A stretch of 64,000 nt of DNA from Tubulanus polymorphus (taxonomy: Eukaryota > Animalia > Nemertea): the NCBI RefSeq assembly GCF_964204645.1, contig NC_134034.1, forward strand, positions 12,288,962 to 12,352,961, in the 5' to 3' direction. The position numbers and the translations under genes are program-made. The notes under the pieces are model-generated. The model was not told the origin of the DNA, did not search any database, and was given only the letters and a program-made list of their open reading frames with translations. Every line of letters begins with the position of its first letter. Positions within the stretch are counted from its first letter, which is position 1. Shown here piece by piece: positions 61,501 through 64,000 of the stretch.

Positions 61501-64000
61501 TATGTTACCTAATAGAAGATACGGATGCTGCCCTATGCGAAATGTAAGTATTGTTGTAAGCCCAGTTCCAAAGTCATGACTTATGTCCAAAAGTAATCTT
61601 TAACCTTATTCCTAAGTCATTACTTAAGTCCAAAAGTAGTCTTTAACCTTACGACTTTCCTTAAGCTGTTAGATTGGCTATAATTTTAAAGATGGTCTCA
61701 GTTTAGACTGGTCTCAATTCTAAGCCATCAACTTGCAACTGGATCTCTTGGGGTTTCTCGTATTTCAAGCAGAGGTTTCAGCAAATTGTGTTTTTAAAGA
61801 TTTTCGTGAACTGTTACCGATTTCTTTAATTGTTATTTGTAGGCTGTTTGCTGTGAGGATCACTTACATTGTTGTCCGTCTGGTACGACCTGCGATACGC
61901 CGCGCGGAAAATGTAACCCAGGCAAATTATCGTTCGCCGTAGCTACGAAAATTGCCTCCGCTCGGTCGAATGAGATGCGACCGTCTAACGTGATCTGTCC
62001 GGGTGGACAGGCGAGTTGTCCGACTGGTAGCACCTGTTGTAAACTTAGTTCTGGACAATACGGGTGCTGCCCCATCCCAAATGTAAGTTCGATTGATTGA
62101 TTTATTTCCATAGAACTATAAATTTAATACAAATACAAAATTAAACATTTCAGTTTCAAATTATATAATCATGGTCTATGATGGACATCCCAAGGAGCCT
62201 AAAGGCTGTAACGCTAGCAGAGTGGACTGCCTATGACTTATTAGTTTTTGCTAAGAGGCTGTATTTTTTACTTTCATTCTCTGCATTGTTCTTTTTAAAC
62301 AGGCTGTTTGCTGTAATGATCACTTACATTGTTGTCCATCTGGTACAACCTGCGATGTGACTGCTGGAAAATGTAACCGAGGCAGATTTTCATTTGCCAT
62401 GGTTACAAAAATTGCAGCATCCTCGTCAAATGAGATGCTCCCTTCCAATGTGATCTGTCCAGATCAGGGCACATGTCCAACTGGTAGCACATGCTGTAAA
62501 CTAAGTACTGGACAATACGGGTGCTGCCCTCTGCCAAATGTAAGGTTGACACATTATTTTGTCTATAATCATCGTTCATTTTGTAGACATTTACTGATTC
62601 TGTATTTCTCTCTCTCTTTTTCAAAAGGCCGTTTGCTGTAAGGATGGTCTACATTGTTGTCCGGCTGACACGACCTGTGATGTCGCTCAGGGAAAATGTA
62701 ACAAAGCCGATGGTTCGTCCGTAGATATGGTGAAGAAAGTCGCGTCGTTAGGCACGCTCGATCGAGTCAAGAAAACGTGCGGAGATGGACGTTCTACCTG
62801 TCCGTCCGGTACTACTTGCTGTGCGACCAGAGGAGGAGGCTACGCGTGCTGCCCTCTACCGAATGTATGTATTCTCAAAGTTAATGATAAACTAATGATC
62901 GATACCCCAAACCTAACACTAGTTCTGGGACCAGGAGTAGCGTCTAGACTTGCATTTAAGACCAGGCTTCAATTTTTTATGAATAAGTTAAGCTCAAATT
63001 GTTGGTTAAATCGTTGAATTGGTCACTTCATTGTTTCAAAGAGGACAACAATTCGTTTTAACTGTTATAAGCTGAAGCATGGAATTTCATGGACCCTTGC
63101 CCTAAATGGTTTCATTATCAATCTAACTTATCTATTGTCTGTCCGGTTTCTAGGCAGTTTGCTGCTCGGATAAAATTCATTGTTGTCCGAACGGAGCAAA
63201 GTGCGACGTGTCGCGCGGTAAATGCGTGCGTAAAACAGACGGCGTCTCGTTTCCGCTCTATACGAAAATTCCCGTAACCCAGATTCAAGATGGCCGCCTT
63301 GATTATGTTAAGTGTCCCGACGGACAATCGGAATGCCATAATGGAGAAACTTGCTGTCGTGTAAAAAGTGGAAGTTATGGATGTTGTCCATTCCCGAAGG
63401 TAAGCGTTAAAAGCGTCTTCAACAGGAGTACCTCTAGGATCCAGTTCAACAGTTGTGTGGGTTTTATTATTACTCCGGATCCAGTTCCGCAATTGTGTGG
63501 GTTAAAAAATTGGCTCAAATTATCATAGAAGACTGGAACTGGATCCAGAGTCAAATTAAACCCACACAACTGTGGAACTGGATCCAGAGTCAAATTAAAC
63601 CCACACAACTGTGGAACTGGATCCAGAGTTAGATCAAACCAACACAACTGTGGAACTGGATCCAGAGTTAGATCAAACCTACACAACTGTGGAACTGGAT
63701 CCAGTTATTTACGTGTTCGGAATGTAGAAATGAAATGTTCATGGCTTTGAAAAGGTTTTACTCATCGAAAGATCAATTCGTCTATTCCAGGCCACCTGCT
63801 GTTCCGATCAACTACATTGTTGTCCGAATGGTTTCAATTGTGATCTCTCTCAAGGCCGATGCACTAAAGGTTCTCGCGTCGTACCGATGTTAGCTCGAAC
63901 ACCTGCCAGCAGTTTATCAGGTGTTCTCTGCCCGGATAAACACGCCGTCTGCCCCGATGGTAACACCTGCTGTCTGATACCGGGCGGTGGGTATGGCTGT
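49595..64000 (+). CDS. GRN: Progranulin (multi-granulin precursor), at least 26 coding exons, 23 complete plus 1 partial granulin module; continues beyond the window
   Basis: Signal peptide, then repeated 12-Cys modules (C..C..CC..YGCCP|AVCC.D..HCCP.G..C......C). Mostly phase-0 exons each encoding C-half + linker + next N-half. Exon starts at about 49595, 50454, 50836, 51186, 51526, 51876, 52216, 52566, 53208, 53548, 53880, 54744, 55165, 55728, 56422, 58617, 59263, 59689, 60315, 60846, 61379, 61843, 62303, 62628, 63154, 63791. Confidence 0.93.
52814..53101 (-). mobile_element. piggyBac-type MITE, copy 3 (granulin intron)
   Basis: Same family in reverse orientation; TTAA TSD; the empty site CCTCTTAATGGAAC is present in paralogous introns near 51080, 51770 and 52460. 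Confidence 0.93.
57525..57770. repeat. Tandem array (~43 bp) built from the CCAGTTCCACAGTT MITE end
   Basis: About 6 units of GGATCCAGTTC(C/G)ACAGTTGTGAGTTAGAGTTAACTCTGAACTCA. Confidence 0.85.
58240..59185. repeat. Two ~39-bp tandem arrays (58240-58515, 58915-59185) flanking a granulin exon; same family at 63435-63705
   Basis: Units ACAACTGTGGAACTGG(G/A)T(T/C)CAGAGTCAAATTAAACCCAC. Confidence 0.85.
61040..61245. mobile_element. Older inverted Penelope pLTR pair with degenerate hammerheads
   Basis: CCACCCTTCTTCAGTCTAAAATGACTT is shared with 15593-15620; the arms are imperfect inverted repeats; GAAA is mutated to AAAA in the minus copy. Confidence 0.7.

Overview
This is eukaryotic genomic DNA: intron-rich and repeat-rich, from an invertebrate animal, probably a marine lophotrochozoan. 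The taxon is inferred from gene content and cannot be confirmed here. Six spliced protein-coding genes can be reconstructed from GT-AG junctions. (1) A single-GT7-domain chondroitin synthase/CSGalNAcT-family glycosyltransferase (-, 3042-5641). (2) A ~1950-aa GRL101-like GPCR with CUB, C-type lectin, LDLa, LRR and 7TM domains and only two introns (+, 16850-23936). (3) CIR1 (+, 25511-29388). (4) ABCF2 (-, 32190-38680), head-to-head with (5) mitochondrial ATP synthase beta (+, 39633-47912). (6) A very large progranulin (+, from 49595 and running off the window) with 23 complete granulin modules plus one partial. Introns and intergenic DNA hold piggyBac-, hAT-, Harbinger- and Tc1/mariner-type MITEs, a CR1/L2 LINE remnant, a decayed Penelope element and many minisatellites. 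The most notable observations are: a complete ~340-bp TSD-flanked Penelope-type insertion with two antiparallel minimal hammerhead ribozymes in an ATP5F1B intron, plus further decayed hammerheads; ongoing tandem amplification of granulin exons with one-sided CpG loss in the amplified class; an array of ten 5' splice sites in an ABCF2 intron; and candidate structured RNAs. No CRISPR array, tRNA or rRNA was found. Exon boundaries were read by eye and may be off by a few bases.
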